Assembly (NCBI GenBank): GCA_964354215.1
Contig: CAYGYT010000003.1
Location: forward strand, 20,272-84,271
Reading direction: 5' to 3'
DNA length: 64,000 nt
Source: an uncultured Eubacteriales bacterium
GTDB lineage: Bacteria; Actinomycetota; Coriobacteriia; Anaerosomatales; CAVRZR01
Under the pieces are notes generated by a model. That model searched no databases. It was not told the origin of the DNA and worked only from the letters and a program-made list of their open reading frames with translations. Positions within the stretch are counted from its first letter, which is position 1, and the number at the start of each line of letters is the position of its first letter. The translations under genes and the position numbers were made by a program. Of this stretch, positions 1-9,702 are shown one piece after another.

Positions 1-42
1 GCGCCGTCACTCGCCCCCACGGCGCCCCGGAAGGAGGCCGCC

Positions 43-513
43 ATGTTGAGTCTCTCGTCGCCCGCCTTCGAGAACGGCGGGCTCATCCCGGTCGAGCACG
101 CGAACACCGGCGTCGCGGGAGGTGAGAACATCTCCATCCCGTATGAGTGGCGGGGTGCCCCCGAGGGCACACGATCGTTCGCGCTCGCGCTCGTCGATCG
201 GCATCCCGTCGCGCGCTCGTGGATCCATTGGATGGTGAGCGACATCCCGCCGGACGTTTCGGGCCTCGAACGCGGCGCCTCCGGGAGCTCGATGCCGCCG
301 GGCGCGGTCGAGCACGAGAATACCTTCGGCACGAAAGGGTACGGCGGTCCGCAGCCGCCGCCTGGCAGCGGCAAGCACGAGTACGAGGCCATCGTGTACG
401 CGCTCGACATCGCGTCGGTGGACGCGAACCTTCGTACGCTCGCCGACTTCGACTCGGCGATCGACGGCCACGTGCTCGCATCGGCGAGCTGCTCCGGGCT
501 GTTCGGCAGGTAG
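43..513 (+). CDS. YbhB/YbcL (PEBP, Raf-kinase-inhibitor-like) family protein
   Basis: 156-aa ORF. GGAAGGAGG Shine-Dalgarno lies just upstream of the ATG. PEBP-type stretches are present: HWMVSDIP and GYGGPQPPPGSGKHEYEAIVYALD. Confidence 0.85.
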   Translation: MLSLSSPAFENGGLIPVEHANTGVAGGENISIPYEWRGAPEGTRSFALALVDRHPVARSWIHWMVSDIPPDVSGLERGASGSSMPPGAVEHENTFGTKGYGGPQPPPGSGKHEYEAIVYALDIASVDANLRTLADFDSAIDGHVLASASCSGLFGR

Positions 514-572
514 GGCGCGCCAGCCCGGCCGCGCTCGGCCGCGCCCGGGCTCGCAGTAGGTGGGTGCCAGGC

Positions 573-920
573 CTAGACCGTGACGCTCGCGGCCCACACG
601 CCGTGCAGGTTGCAGCTCTCCATCGCCGTGAGGGTGGTACCCGCGTCCACGCGAACCACGGTGGTCACCTCTGGGTCGACCGCCACCGCCGAGAAGTCGA
701 ACCGCGCGATGGGCACGTCGCCCGCGTAGAGCATGATCCACTCGATGAAGTGGTCCGGCTGGTTCGGGTGCGCGACGTAGTGACCGACCTTCACGGTGAC
801 CTTCACCGTGTCGCCGGTGCGTTCTGCAGCGACGTACGGAGTGTGCTTCTTCTCGAAATCGCCAGCAGCCTCGAGATCTGCTACGCGATTCACAGGGCTC
901 AGTATCGGCGCGTCACTCAT
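573..920 (-). CDS. superoxide reductase, 1Fe neelaredoxin type (no desulforedoxin domain)
   Basis: Ligand motifs HPNQPDHFIEWI and CNLHGVW are present, and KHTPY sits near the N-terminus. The longest ORF starts at 932, but the second ATG at 920 is preceded by GGAGGA with about 5 nt spacing, so 920 is preferred. Confidence 0.85.
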   Translation of the reverse strand: MSDAPILSPVNRVADLEAAGDFEKKHTPYVAAERTGDTVKVTVKVGHYVAHPNQPDHFIEWIMLYAGDVPIARFDFSAVAVDPEVTTVVRVDAGTTLTAMESCNLHGVWAASVTV

Positions 921-1026
921 ATCGTCCTCCATCTCAGCTGGGGCCGGGACTGTGTCCGGTCACGCGGTTTATACCCCTTGGCGCACCTCGGCTAGAATTC
1001 ATGTCACTCTGGAGCGGGAGGTAGTC

Positions 1027-1611
1027 ATGGAAGACCAAGGCGGTACCCTCGCGGCGCGTCAGCACGCAGTCCTCGTCCTCGTGGATCTGCAGGAGCGGCT
1101 CGCGGCTGTCATGCCCGAGCGGGAGCGCGTCCTTGCCGCCGCGGTGCGCCTCGCGCGCACGTTCGCTCTCGTGGGCGCGCCGATCATCATCACGCGTCAG
1201 TACCCCCAGGGATTGGGGCCGACCGAACCCGCGCTCGAGGAAGCCGCGCTTGCGCTCGCGGAGGGTGGCTCGACCGTTCTCGGAGTGGACAAGACCGCCT
1301 TCTGCTGTTGCCGTGAGCCCGGATTCCTCGACGCTCTGAACGCGACCGGGCGCCCTCAGGTCGTTCTGGCGGGTATGGAGACGCACATCTGCATCGCTCA
1401 AACGGCGCTCGACCTCGCGGGACGCGGTATGCAGGTTCAGGTGGTGGCGGATGCCTGTTGCTCCCGAGACCGGATGATGCACGAGGTCGCCCTCGACCGG
1501 CTTCGAGCAGCTGATGTCGTTGTGACGACCTCCGAGTCGGTCATGTACGAGCTTGTCGGCCTCGCCGCGACCGACGAGTTCAAGTCGCTCCTTCGGATCG
1601 TCAAAGGGTAG
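1027..1611 (+). CDS. isochorismatase-family (cysteine) hydrolase
   Basis: The ATG at 1027 is preceded by GGAGCGGGAGG. The sequence VLVLVDLQERL ... GMETHICIAQTALDL ... ADACCSRD fits the isochorismatase fold. The upstream part of the 796 ORF overlaps the SOR gene on the opposite strand and does not look coding. Confidence 0.8.
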   Translation: MEDQGGTLAARQHAVLVLVDLQERLAAVMPERERVLAAAVRLARTFALVGAPIIITRQYPQGLGPTEPALEEAALALAEGGSTVLGVDKTAFCCCREPGFLDALNATGRPQVVLAGMETHICIAQTALDLAGRGMQVQVVADACCSRDRMMHEVALDRLRAADVVVTTSESVMYELVGLAATDEFKSLLRIVKG

Positions 1612-1700
1612 GGCCGCGTTCGACCGTCGTTCGAAGCCGGATCGCCGGACCCGTTCAAGCCCGCTCGAACCGACAGCCGCGGGGCTTCGTCTTCCGCCTG

Positions 1701-1730
1701 TTGCGGGCCCGCGCGCAGGGCAGGTACAAT
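1701..1730 (+). promoter_or_regulatory. candidate sigma-70 type promoter for cspA (TTGCGG - 18 nt - TACAAT), giving a ~150-nt 5' UTR
   Basis: Hexamers read directly at 1701-1706 and 1725-1730. Long 5' UTRs are typical of cold-shock genes. Confidence 0.4.
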
Positions 1731-1885
1731 CTTGCGTCGGCGGGCCAAACGAGGCCCGAGAACCGCGACAGGTTTGTCTGAACGACGGCACGGGGTTCCA
1801 CCATGGGGGGCCACGCGATACCGCAGGGTGACAAGCGCGTCGCACGAGCGTCTCCCCACGCGGTGGGGCGGAAGGATGGTTCGGC

Positions 1886-2089
1886 ATGGCAGAGGGTACC
1901 GTCAAGTGGTTCAACCCGGACAAGGGCTACGGCTTCATCTCCCGTGAGGACGGCGAGGACCTCTTCGTCCACTTCTCGGAGATCCAGGGCGAGGGCTTCA
2001 AGACCCTCGACGAGGGTCAGGCCGTCGAGTTCGAGGTGACCACCGGTCAGAACGGCAAGCTCCAGGCGAGCAACGTCCGTAAGATTTAG
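1886..2089 (+). CDS. cspA: cold-shock protein (CspA family)
   Basis: 67 aa. [12 protein letters not shown] (RNP1) and DLFVHFS (RNP2) motifs are present. Confidence 0.96.
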   Translation: MAEGTVKWFNPDKGYGFISREDGEDLFVHFSEIQGEGFKTLDEGQAVEFEVTTGQNGKLQASNVRKI

Positions 2090-2109
2090 CACGTCCACCA
2101 TGGTGAGGT

Positions 2110-2144
2110 AGAGAAGGGCGGTCCCGGCGGGGCCGCCCTTCTCT
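2110..2144 (+). terminator. GC-rich hairpin terminator after cspA
   Basis: AGAGAAGGGCGG (2110-2121) pairs with CCGCCCTTCTCT (2133-2144). The loop region can pair further. The downstream T-tract is weak (TCGTGC). Confidence 0.6.
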
Positions 2145-2227
2145 TCGTGCAGCGAGTAGATCGTCCGGTAGTCGTGCGGTTCACGGGACCGCGGGCGTGC
2201 GGTACGAGTTCGCCCCAGGCGGCGGTG

Positions 2228-2233
2228 TAGAAT
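2228..2233 (+). promoter_or_regulatory. -10 box TAGAAT placed 6 nt before the queH ATG (probable leaderless transcript)
   Basis: TAGAAT at 2228-2233, ATG at 2240, and no Shine-Dalgarno between them. Confidence 0.3.
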
Positions 2234-2239
2234 CGCCGC

Positions 2240-2833
2240 ATGACGATCGCCCTGCACGCATGCTGCGGTCCGTGCTTGATCGAGCCGCTCGAGAGCCTTG
2301 CCACCGAGGACGAGGTGGTTGTCGTCTACGCCAATCCGAACATCACGCCGCGCGATGAATACGACCGCCGCCGCGACGCGCTGGAGACCTACGCGCGGTC
2401 GATCGGCGCGGAGGTCGTCGAGCTTCCGTACGACCCGGGACTCTGGCGCGACGCGGTCAGGGGCCTCGATGACGATCAGTCCCAGCGCTGCGCGGCGTGC
2501 TATCGGGTTCGCCTCCGCATGACCGCCGAGTGGGCGGCCGCGAACGGCATCGAGCGGATCGCGACCACGCTCACCGTGAGTCCGCACCAAGACGCGGATT
2601 TGATTCGCGAGGCTGGCAAGGAGGTTGCCGCCAGGGTCGGCGTAGGGTACCTCGATCGGGACTTTCGCGATCGGTACCCCTCGGCAATGAGGAGAGCGCG
2701 CGAGATGGACCTCTACCGCCAGAACTACTGCGGTTGCGCCATCTCGAAGCAGGAGGCCGAAGCGGCGCGCGAGGAACGTCGCGCGAGGCGGGCTGTAGCA
2801 CGGCTCGACACACAGAGCGGTAGCGTAGCCTGA
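2240..2833 (+). CDS. queH: epoxyqueuosine reductase QueH (DUF208 family)
   Basis: N-terminal LHACCGPC motif plus CAACY and NYCGC cysteine clusters. The gene lies directly upstream of queA. Confidence 0.85.
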   Translation: MTIALHACCGPCLIEPLESLATEDEVVVVYANPNITPRDEYDRRRDALETYARSIGAEVVELPYDPGLWRDAVRGLDDDQSQRCAACYRVRLRMTAEWAAANGIERIATTLTVSPHQDADLIREAGKEVAARVGVGYLDRDFRDRYPSAMRRAREMDLYRQNYCGCAISKQEAEAAREERRARRAVARLDTQSGSVA

Positions 2834-2834
2834 G

Positions 2835-3884
2835 ATGTCTCTGCCCACGCTTCGTACCGACGACTTCGACTACGACCTGCCGAGTGGCGCGATCGCCCAA
2901 GAGCCCGTCGAGCCTCGGGATTCGTGCCGGCTGCTCGTGCTCGATCGGAGAAGCGGCCAGCTTGACCATCGGCGGTTCAGCGACCTGCCCGAGTACCTGC
3001 GCGCCGGAGACCTCGTCGTCGTGAACGAGACGCGCGTCATACCTGCACGCCTGAAAGGCGAGAAGGCCGAGACGGGCGGGGCCGTGGAAGTCCTGCTACT
3101 CCGGGAGCGCTACGCCGATACCTGGGAGTGCCTCGTCAAACCTGGCCGTCGCCTTCGGCCGGGCGCGCACATCGTCTTTGGAGACGGCGTGCTCACCGGG
3201 TTCGTCGTCGATACGATCGAGGATACGGGCGGGCGGCTGATCAGGTTCACCGCGACGAGGGGGTCCTTCCTCGAGGCGGTGCACCGCCTGGGCGAGATGC
3301 CGCTCCCGCCCTACATATCGCGGCCACTCGCCGACCCGTCGCTCTACCAGACCGTCTACGCGCGAGACGAGCGCAGCGCCGCAGCGCCCACCGCTGGCCT
3401 GCACTTCACCGCCGAACTCATGGATCGCGTGCGCGCCCAGGGGGTGCAGGTCGCCGCGGTCGAGCTGGACGTCGGGCTCGACACCTTCAGGCCGGTTGCG
3501 GAGGACGATCCGCACGTGCACAGCATGCACCAGGAGCACTTCAGGGTTTCGGAGCGAGCTGCCGAGCAGGTCCGTGACGCCCGGGAGGGAGGCGGGCGCG
3601 TCATCGCGGTGGGCACCACATCCGTGCGTGCGCTCGAGAGTGCGTTCGACCCCGATTCGGGTGCCGTGGTCGCGAAAGAAACGATGACGAGCCTGTTCAT
3701 TCTCCCGGGCTACCGATTCGGCGTGGTCGACGGGCTGGTGACCAACTTCCATATGCCTCGCTCGACGCTACTGATGATGGTGTGCGCCTTCGCCGGCCGC
3801 GAAGCGGTCGTGCGCGCGTACCGAACGGCGCTCGACGAGGGGTACCGGTTCCTGTCCTTCGGCGATGCGATGCTCATCACCTAG
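2835..3884 (+). CDS. queA: S-adenosylmethionine:tRNA ribosyltransferase-isomerase
   Basis: 349 aa. FDYDLP near the N-terminus, VVNETRVIPARL internally, and the typical C-terminal YRFLSFGDAMLI. Confidence 0.95.
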   Translation: MSLPTLRTDDFDYDLPSGAIAQEPVEPRDSCRLLVLDRRSGQLDHRRFSDLPEYLRAGDLVVVNETRVIPARLKGEKAETGGAVEVLLLRERYADTWECLVKPGRRLRPGAHIVFGDGVLTGFVVDTIEDTGGRLIRFTATRGSFLEAVHRLGEMPLPPYISRPLADPSLYQTVYARDERSAAAPTAGLHFTAELMDRVRAQGVQVAAVELDVGLDTFRPVAEDDPHVHSMHQEHFRVSERAAEQVRDAREGGGRVIAVGTTSVRALESAFDPDSGAVVAKETMTSLFILPGYRFGVVDGLVTNFHMPRSTLLMMVCAFAGREAVVRAYRTALDEGYRFLSFGDAMLIT

Positions 3885-4966
3885 GGCGAGGGGGTCGCCC
3901 ACCACGTCCAGTTCGGGTTGCCGCCTGCGGGGTCTGAGGCGGGCGTACCGGGGGCGACAGCGAACCCGCTCTCGATCGGTATGCCGGGCCTGCTGTAGAG
4001 CTGTACCCCCAGGTCGTCCGTCTCGGCCAGAACGAACGTGGGTGCCCCACCGGCAGTGGTGGGCTGCGTGAATCCCGCGGGCAGCGACGGCCAGACCCCG
4101 AACGCGGAGATCGGCTGAGAAGTCATAACGTAGTCGCGTCCTTGGAGGCGGCGCTTGACGATGTCGAACGCCAGGGTCTCGCCGCCGACGAGCAGTGCCA
4201 CGCGTCCGGACGTCGGCGTGGCAAACACCGTATACGTGCGAGATGAGCCCGCGCTGTCGAGTGAGGTGGTCGTCGTGCCGGCGGTCGTGAGCTGCGAGCT
4301 GTTGATGGTGACGGTCCCTGCCGACGCGTAAACGACGCCATTCACGGTGATGTCGTTCGGCGCCACCTGGCTGGCTGCCGCTGGCGCTGCGGCCGCGTCT
4401 TCAGCGCTGCTCGTCCCGGCGCTCTCCTCGGTCGGCGAGGCGCCCAGGTTCTTGTCGGCGGTGCTGTCCTGGGTGAGCACCGAACCGCCCCGAGTGGATT
4501 CGGAAGTCGGCGACATGATGCTACGAAGGCCCGAGACAGCGGCGAACCCCGCGATGATCACGAGCGCCGCGGCGGCTCCTATCCAGGCGCCGACTGCCCA
4601 TGGGTTTGCGCGGCGGCGTTGTGCAGCGAGTTCCACGACCTGGGGCGAAGGCGTCTCCTGTGTCGCCTCCACAGACTGCATCTCGGCGGTGTCACCCGTG
4701 AGCGCCGTTGTGGCATCCCGATCTGTCTCCGCTCCCGAAGCGTCCGCGGCGCGTGCGGCGGCAACGGCAGTCATGACCTGGTCGTGCAGAGAGGACGAGG
4801 GCGCGGGTGACTGAGCGCGCTGCATGAGCGCGAGGCCGCGCACGAACCGCGCGCAGTTCGGACAGGTCCGGCAGTGCGCTCTCGCCTCGGCAAGGAGCTC
4901 CGTGGCGACCGGCTCGCGGTCGACCGCCTCGGAGAGGATCTGTTGCGCCTGCGTGCAGTCCATCAC
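3881..4966 (-). CDS. anti-sigma factor with a zf-HC2-like N-terminus, one TM helix and an uncharacterised extracytoplasmic domain
   Basis: N-terminal H...C..C motif (AHCRTCPNCARF). TM segment WAVGAWIGAAAALVIIAGFAAV. The start overlaps the stop of the upstream ECF sigma gene (GTGATG/TGA). Confidence 0.75.
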   Translation of the reverse strand: MMDCTQAQQILSEAVDREPVATELLAEARAHCRTCPNCARFVRGLALMQRAQSPAPSSSLHDQVMTAVAAARAADASGAETDRDATTALTGDTAEMQSVEATQETPSPQVVELAAQRRRANPWAVGAWIGAAAALVIIAGFAAVSGLRSIMSPTSESTRGGSVLTQDSTADKNLGASPTEESAGTSSAEDAAAAPAAASQVAPNDITVNGVVYASAGTVTINSSQLTTAGTTTTSLDSAGSSRTYTVFATPTSGRVALLVGGETLAFDIVKRRLQGRDYVMTSQPISAFGVWPSLPAGFTQPTTAGGAPTFVLAETDDLGVQLYSRPGIPIESGFAVAPGTPASDPAGGNPNWTWWATPSP

Positions 4967-5511
4967 GATCCACCTCCCTCGAGGCCGAGCTGGCTCACGA
5001 GGATCCGGCGCGCTCGGAACACGCGGGACTTCACCGTGCCCACGGGGATGCCGAGAGCCGCGGCGGCTTCGCCGTAGCTCAACCCGAAGAGCGTGATCGC
5101 GTTCAAGGCGTCGCGGTCCTCGGGCGCGAGCGATGCCATGGCGATTTCCATGCTGGCTGAAAGCGCGACCTCGTCGGCAAGGTCCCCTGCACTAGCAAGC
5201 GAGACGGTGGACGGGTCCACGGGAGTCGGGCGGTGCTTGCCGCTGCGGAGCATGTCGAGACATGTGTTTCGCGTGACGCGATACAGCCACGTCGAGAACG
5301 CCGACGTTCCGTCGAACGAGCCGATCGAACGGTAGACCTTGATGAATACCTCTTGCACGACGTCCTCGGCTGGATCGGGGCTGCCAAAGAAACGCACCGC
5401 GTGGCCGTAGACCGCTCGCGTGTGCGCACGGACGAGTTCCTCGAACGCTTGCGTATCGCCTTCGCGGGCACGTGCGACGAGCGCTGTGTCATCGGGCCGC
5501 TGGGCCTGCAT
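4963..5511 (-). CDS. ECF-type RNA polymerase sigma-70 family factor
   Basis: Region 2 (DVVQEVFIKVYRSIGSF ... STWLYRVTRN) and region 4 HTH (LSYGEAAAALGIPVGTVKSRVFRAR) are both present. The ATG at 5511 has an AAGGAA SD. The longest ORF begins with GTG at 5550. Confidence 0.9.
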   Translation of the reverse strand: MQAQRPDDTALVARAREGDTQAFEELVRAHTRAVYGHAVRFFGSPDPAEDVVQEVFIKVYRSIGSFDGTSAFSTWLYRVTRNTCLDMLRSGKHRPTPVDPSTVSLASAGDLADEVALSASMEIAMASLAPEDRDALNAITLFGLSYGEAAAALGIPVGTVKSRVFRARRILVSQLGLEGGGS

Positions 5512-5555
5512 CTCGTTCCTTTGGACGACGGTGCACTCCGATCGGTTCACGCTGA

Positions 5556-6758
<1,203 letters not shown>

Positions 6759-6885
6759 GCGGCATCGAGCCCACTGCCTCGTCGCCCTACCGGGGAGCAC
6801 GGCCAGGCCCCAGAGGTTCCGCTCGGCGCGCGGCAGGTAACGAGCCGGGAACCCTCGCGATTTCATCGGCAAGCAGAATGAAAGT

Positions 6886-6894
6886 TGCTATCAT
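6886..6894 (+). promoter_or_regulatory. extended -10 promoter TGcTATCAT upstream of yajC
   Basis: Read directly. It sits about 62 nt upstream of the yajC ATG, and an ACGCGGCC/GGCCGCGT hairpin lies in the putative leader. Confidence 0.4.
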
Positions 6895-6956
6895 GTTCCG
6901 TCGGGTCGACGCGGCCCTGTGATCGTGGTCGGCCGCGTACTGGTGTGGAGGTAGGT

Positions 6957-7262
6957 ATGAGCGGCTCCCAGACGAATCTCCTTCTGTACTTCGCGCTGCT
7001 AGCAGTCGCGTTCTACCTCCTCATCATCCGGCCGCAGCAGCAGCGCCAGCGACAGCAGCGCGAGCTCATGGCCGCCTTGAAGGCGGGTGACCGGGTGATT
7101 ACGGTGAGCGGCATCTACGGCACCGTCGTCTCCATGGACGCTGAGACCGTGATGCTGCGCATCGCCGAAGGGGTCGAAGTCGAGGTCGCGCGGGGAGCGA
7201 TCTCGCAGATCGTCGAGTCATTCTCGGCGGCTTCATCGCCCGAGGAACCGCCGGATGAATGA
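6957..7262 (+). CDS. yajC: preprotein translocase subunit YajC
   Basis: One TM helix followed by GDRVITVSGIYGTV. GGAGGTAGGT SD precedes the ATG at 6957. The gene sits before secDF. Confidence 0.9.
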   Translation: MSGSQTNLLLYFALLAVAFYLLIIRPQQQRQRQQRELMAALKAGDRVITVSGIYGTVVSMDAETVMLRIAEGVEVEVARGAISQIVESFSAASSPEEPPDE

Positions 7263-7423
7263 ACCGGCTCGCACGTGCCGGCACGCGCCGGTCGCGAGCC
7301 ACACGGTTCGTACGCCGACCGTCGGCGAGGCGCGCTAGCCGAACCGCGCTCGCGCTCTACCGCCCACGGAGCCACGCCCCTCACGGGGCTTCGCAGGACG
7401 CAACACGCTAGGAAGGCCAAGGA

Positions 7424-8740
7424 ATGGACCAGAAGCAGAAGAACGTCATCTCGCTCGTCACGATCGCGGTGCTGGTCATCGGCTCGTGGGCGATCGTGCT
7501 TCCGCCGCAGGAGAAGATTACCCAGGGGCTCGACATCCAGGGCGGGGTGTCCGTGATCCTCACGGCTCAGGAGACCACGTCCACGAAGGTGACTGCAGCG
7601 GTCATGGACCGCGCCGAACTGATCGTGAACAACCGCGTGAACAAGCTCGGCGCATCCGAGGCATCGATTCAGAAGCAGGGCAACGACTCGATCCTCGTGC
7701 AGTTGCCCGGCGTCAAGAATGCCGCGGAAGCGCTCAAGGTGCTCGGGTCGACCGGCCAGCTCGAGTTCGTGGACGTCGAGACGATCACCGACTCCGCGAC
7801 CGTTGCGGCCATCCAGTCAGGCGATGAGAACGTCGAGCTCAAGCCGGGTACCTACACACCGGTCATGACGGGCGAGGTGGTGACGAACTCCTCGGTGGGC
7901 ACTGATTCGACCACCAACAAGATCGTCGTAAACGTCACCATGAACAACAAGGGCCGCCAGGCCTGGGGCGACTACACGACGTCGCACGTCGGAAAGCAGG
8001 TCGCCATCGTACTCGACGGCAAGGTGCAGTCGGCTCCCACGGTCCAGGAGCCGATCACCGACGGGCGTACGCAGATCAGCGGCAGCTTCACTCCCACCGA
8101 CGCCAAGAATCTCAAGACGGTGCTTGAGACGGGCGCCCTGCCGGTCACGCTGGTCTTCTCCGAATCCCGCACGGTCGGCCCGACTCTCGGACAGGACTCC
8201 TTGCGCCAGGGCGTGCTCGCTGCTCTCGCCGGCCTCGCGCTGGTGATGCTCTACATGGCGCTCTTCTACAGGGGACTCGGGGTGATCAGCTGGTTCTCGC
8301 TGCTGATCTTCTCCTCCATCTTCCTCGGGGTGCTCGCGCTGCTCTCCACATTCGGCTGGTTCGCCCTGTCGCTCCCGGGCGTCGCCGGCATCGTGCTAAC
8401 CATCGGCATGGCAGCCGACTCTACTATCCTTCAGCTCGAGCGTTTCAAAGAGGAAATCGGCATGGGCAAGACGCTTCGCAGTGCCGCCAAGTCCGGGACG
8501 ATGCACGCATTCTGGACGAGCGTGGACGCCGACCTCGTGACGTTCGTCTCGGCGCTGGTGCTGTTCCTCGTAGCGGTCGGCCCGATCAAGGGCTTTGCGC
8601 TCACACTCATGATCGGGATTGCGTGCGACCTCACAGTCGCGTTCCTGTTCACGCGTACGGCGATTATGCTCTTTGCCGAATCGGGGCTGACGAAGGTGCC
8701 CTGGCTCTTCGGTCTGAAGGGCGGTGCCTCACGTGCGTAG
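7424..8740 (+). CDS. secD: protein translocase subunit SecD
   Basis: 438 aa. N-terminal TM, periplasmic-type P1 domain (GLDIQGGV...), and a C-terminal 5-TM bundle. Confidence 0.95.
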   Translation: MDQKQKNVISLVTIAVLVIGSWAIVLPPQEKITQGLDIQGGVSVILTAQETTSTKVTAAVMDRAELIVNNRVNKLGASEASIQKQGNDSILVQLPGVKNAAEALKVLGSTGQLEFVDVETITDSATVAAIQSGDENVELKPGTYTPVMTGEVVTNSSVGTDSTTNKIVVNVTMNNKGRQAWGDYTTSHVGKQVAIVLDGKVQSAPTVQEPITDGRTQISGSFTPTDAKNLKTVLETGALPVTLVFSESRTVGPTLGQDSLRQGVLAALAGLALVMLYMALFYRGLGVISWFSLLIFSSIFLGVLALLSTFGWFALSLPGVAGIVLTIGMAADSTILQLERFKEEIGMGKTLRSAAKSGTMHAFWTSVDADLVTFVSALVLFLVAVGPIKGFALTLMIGIACDLTVAFLFTRTAIMLFAESGLTKVPWLFGLKGGASRA

Positions 8741-9629
8741 ATTCAACATTGACTTCATGGGACACAAGTGGGTGTTCTTGGGCTTGTCCGCGGTTCTCAT
8801 CGTGGTCTCGATCGCCGGTCTGCTCGTCAGGGGGCTCAACCTGGGCATCGAATTTGAGGGCGGCACCGCCATCAGCTTCACGAAGGTCACGACTGTTTCG
8901 ATCGGCGAGATGCGTCGCGCCTTCGTGGATGCAGGCATCAAGGAACCGGGTGTCCAGAGCATCCAGGGCGGGGGGTACCTCGTTCGCTTCGCCGAGTCGG
9001 ACCCCGACATAGCCAACACGGCATATGTAGCGGTCGTGAAGAGCCTGGATCTCCCTGACGACGCGGGGGACGTCACCACGATCGGCCCCGGGTGGGGCAA
9101 ACTCATCACCAACCGCGCGCTCCTTGCCGCCACACTCGCGATCGCCGCGATCCTGCTCTACATATCGATCCGGTTCGACTACAAGATGTCGATGACGGCC
9201 GTTCTCGCGCTGGTGCACGATGGCATCATCGTTCTGGGCATATACGCGTGGTCCGGTAGGGAGGTCACACCGAGTACGATCGCGGCGCTTCTAACGATCC
9301 TGGGCTACTCGTTGTACGACACGATCGTCGTGTTCCACCGCATCAAGGAGAACTCGCAACACATCAGCAAGCAGACGTTCTCTCAGATGGCGAACGAGTC
9401 GATCAACCAGGTGCTCGTGCGATCCATGAATACCTCGATCACGTCGCTCATACCGGTGCTGGCCCTGCTCTTCTTCGGCGGTCCTACGCTGCAGGATTTC
9501 GCGTTCGCGCTGTCTGTGGGACTGATATCCGGCGCATACTCGTCGGTAGGTATCGCCGGGATCTTGTACGCGATGTGGAAAGAGACCGAGCCGCGCTATC
9601 AGGCGCTCAAGAAGAAGTACGCCGCCTGA
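8724..9629 (+). CDS. secF: protein translocase subunit SecF
   Basis: FNIDFMGHKWVF start region, LGIEFEGGT, and 6 TM. GTG start at 8724 (or 8733) overlaps the end of secD. Confidence 0.95.
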   Translation: MPHVRRFNIDFMGHKWVFLGLSAVLIVVSIAGLLVRGLNLGIEFEGGTAISFTKVTTVSIGEMRRAFVDAGIKEPGVQSIQGGGYLVRFAESDPDIANTAYVAVVKSLDLPDDAGDVTTIGPGWGKLITNRALLAATLAIAAILLYISIRFDYKMSMTAVLALVHDGIIVLGIYAWSGREVTPSTIAALLTILGYSLYDTIVVFHRIKENSQHISKQTFSQMANESINQVLVRSMNTSITSLIPVLALLFFGGPTLQDFAFALSVGLISGAYSSVGIAGILYAMWKETEPRYQALKKKYAA

Positions 9630-9658
9630 TCACGCGGCGCGCAACGTGTCGAACACCC

Positions 9659-9684
9659 GGGGCCGGCACGCATGTGTCGGCCCC
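9659..9684 (+). terminator. hairpin after secF (GGGGCCGGCAC-GCAT-GTGTCGGCCCC)
   Basis: 11-bp stem with one G-U pair and a 4-nt loop. GTTCGC follows. It lies immediately upstream of the recJ -10 box. Confidence 0.5.
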
Positions 9685-9690
9685 GTTCGC

Positions 9691-9696
9691 TAGGAT
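9691..9696 (+). promoter_or_regulatory. -10 box TAGGAT placed 6 nt before the recJ-fusion ATG (probable leaderless transcript)
   Basis: TAGGAT at 9691-9696, ATG at 9703, no SD between them. Confidence 0.3.
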
Positions 9697-9702
9697 GAGA
9701 CC

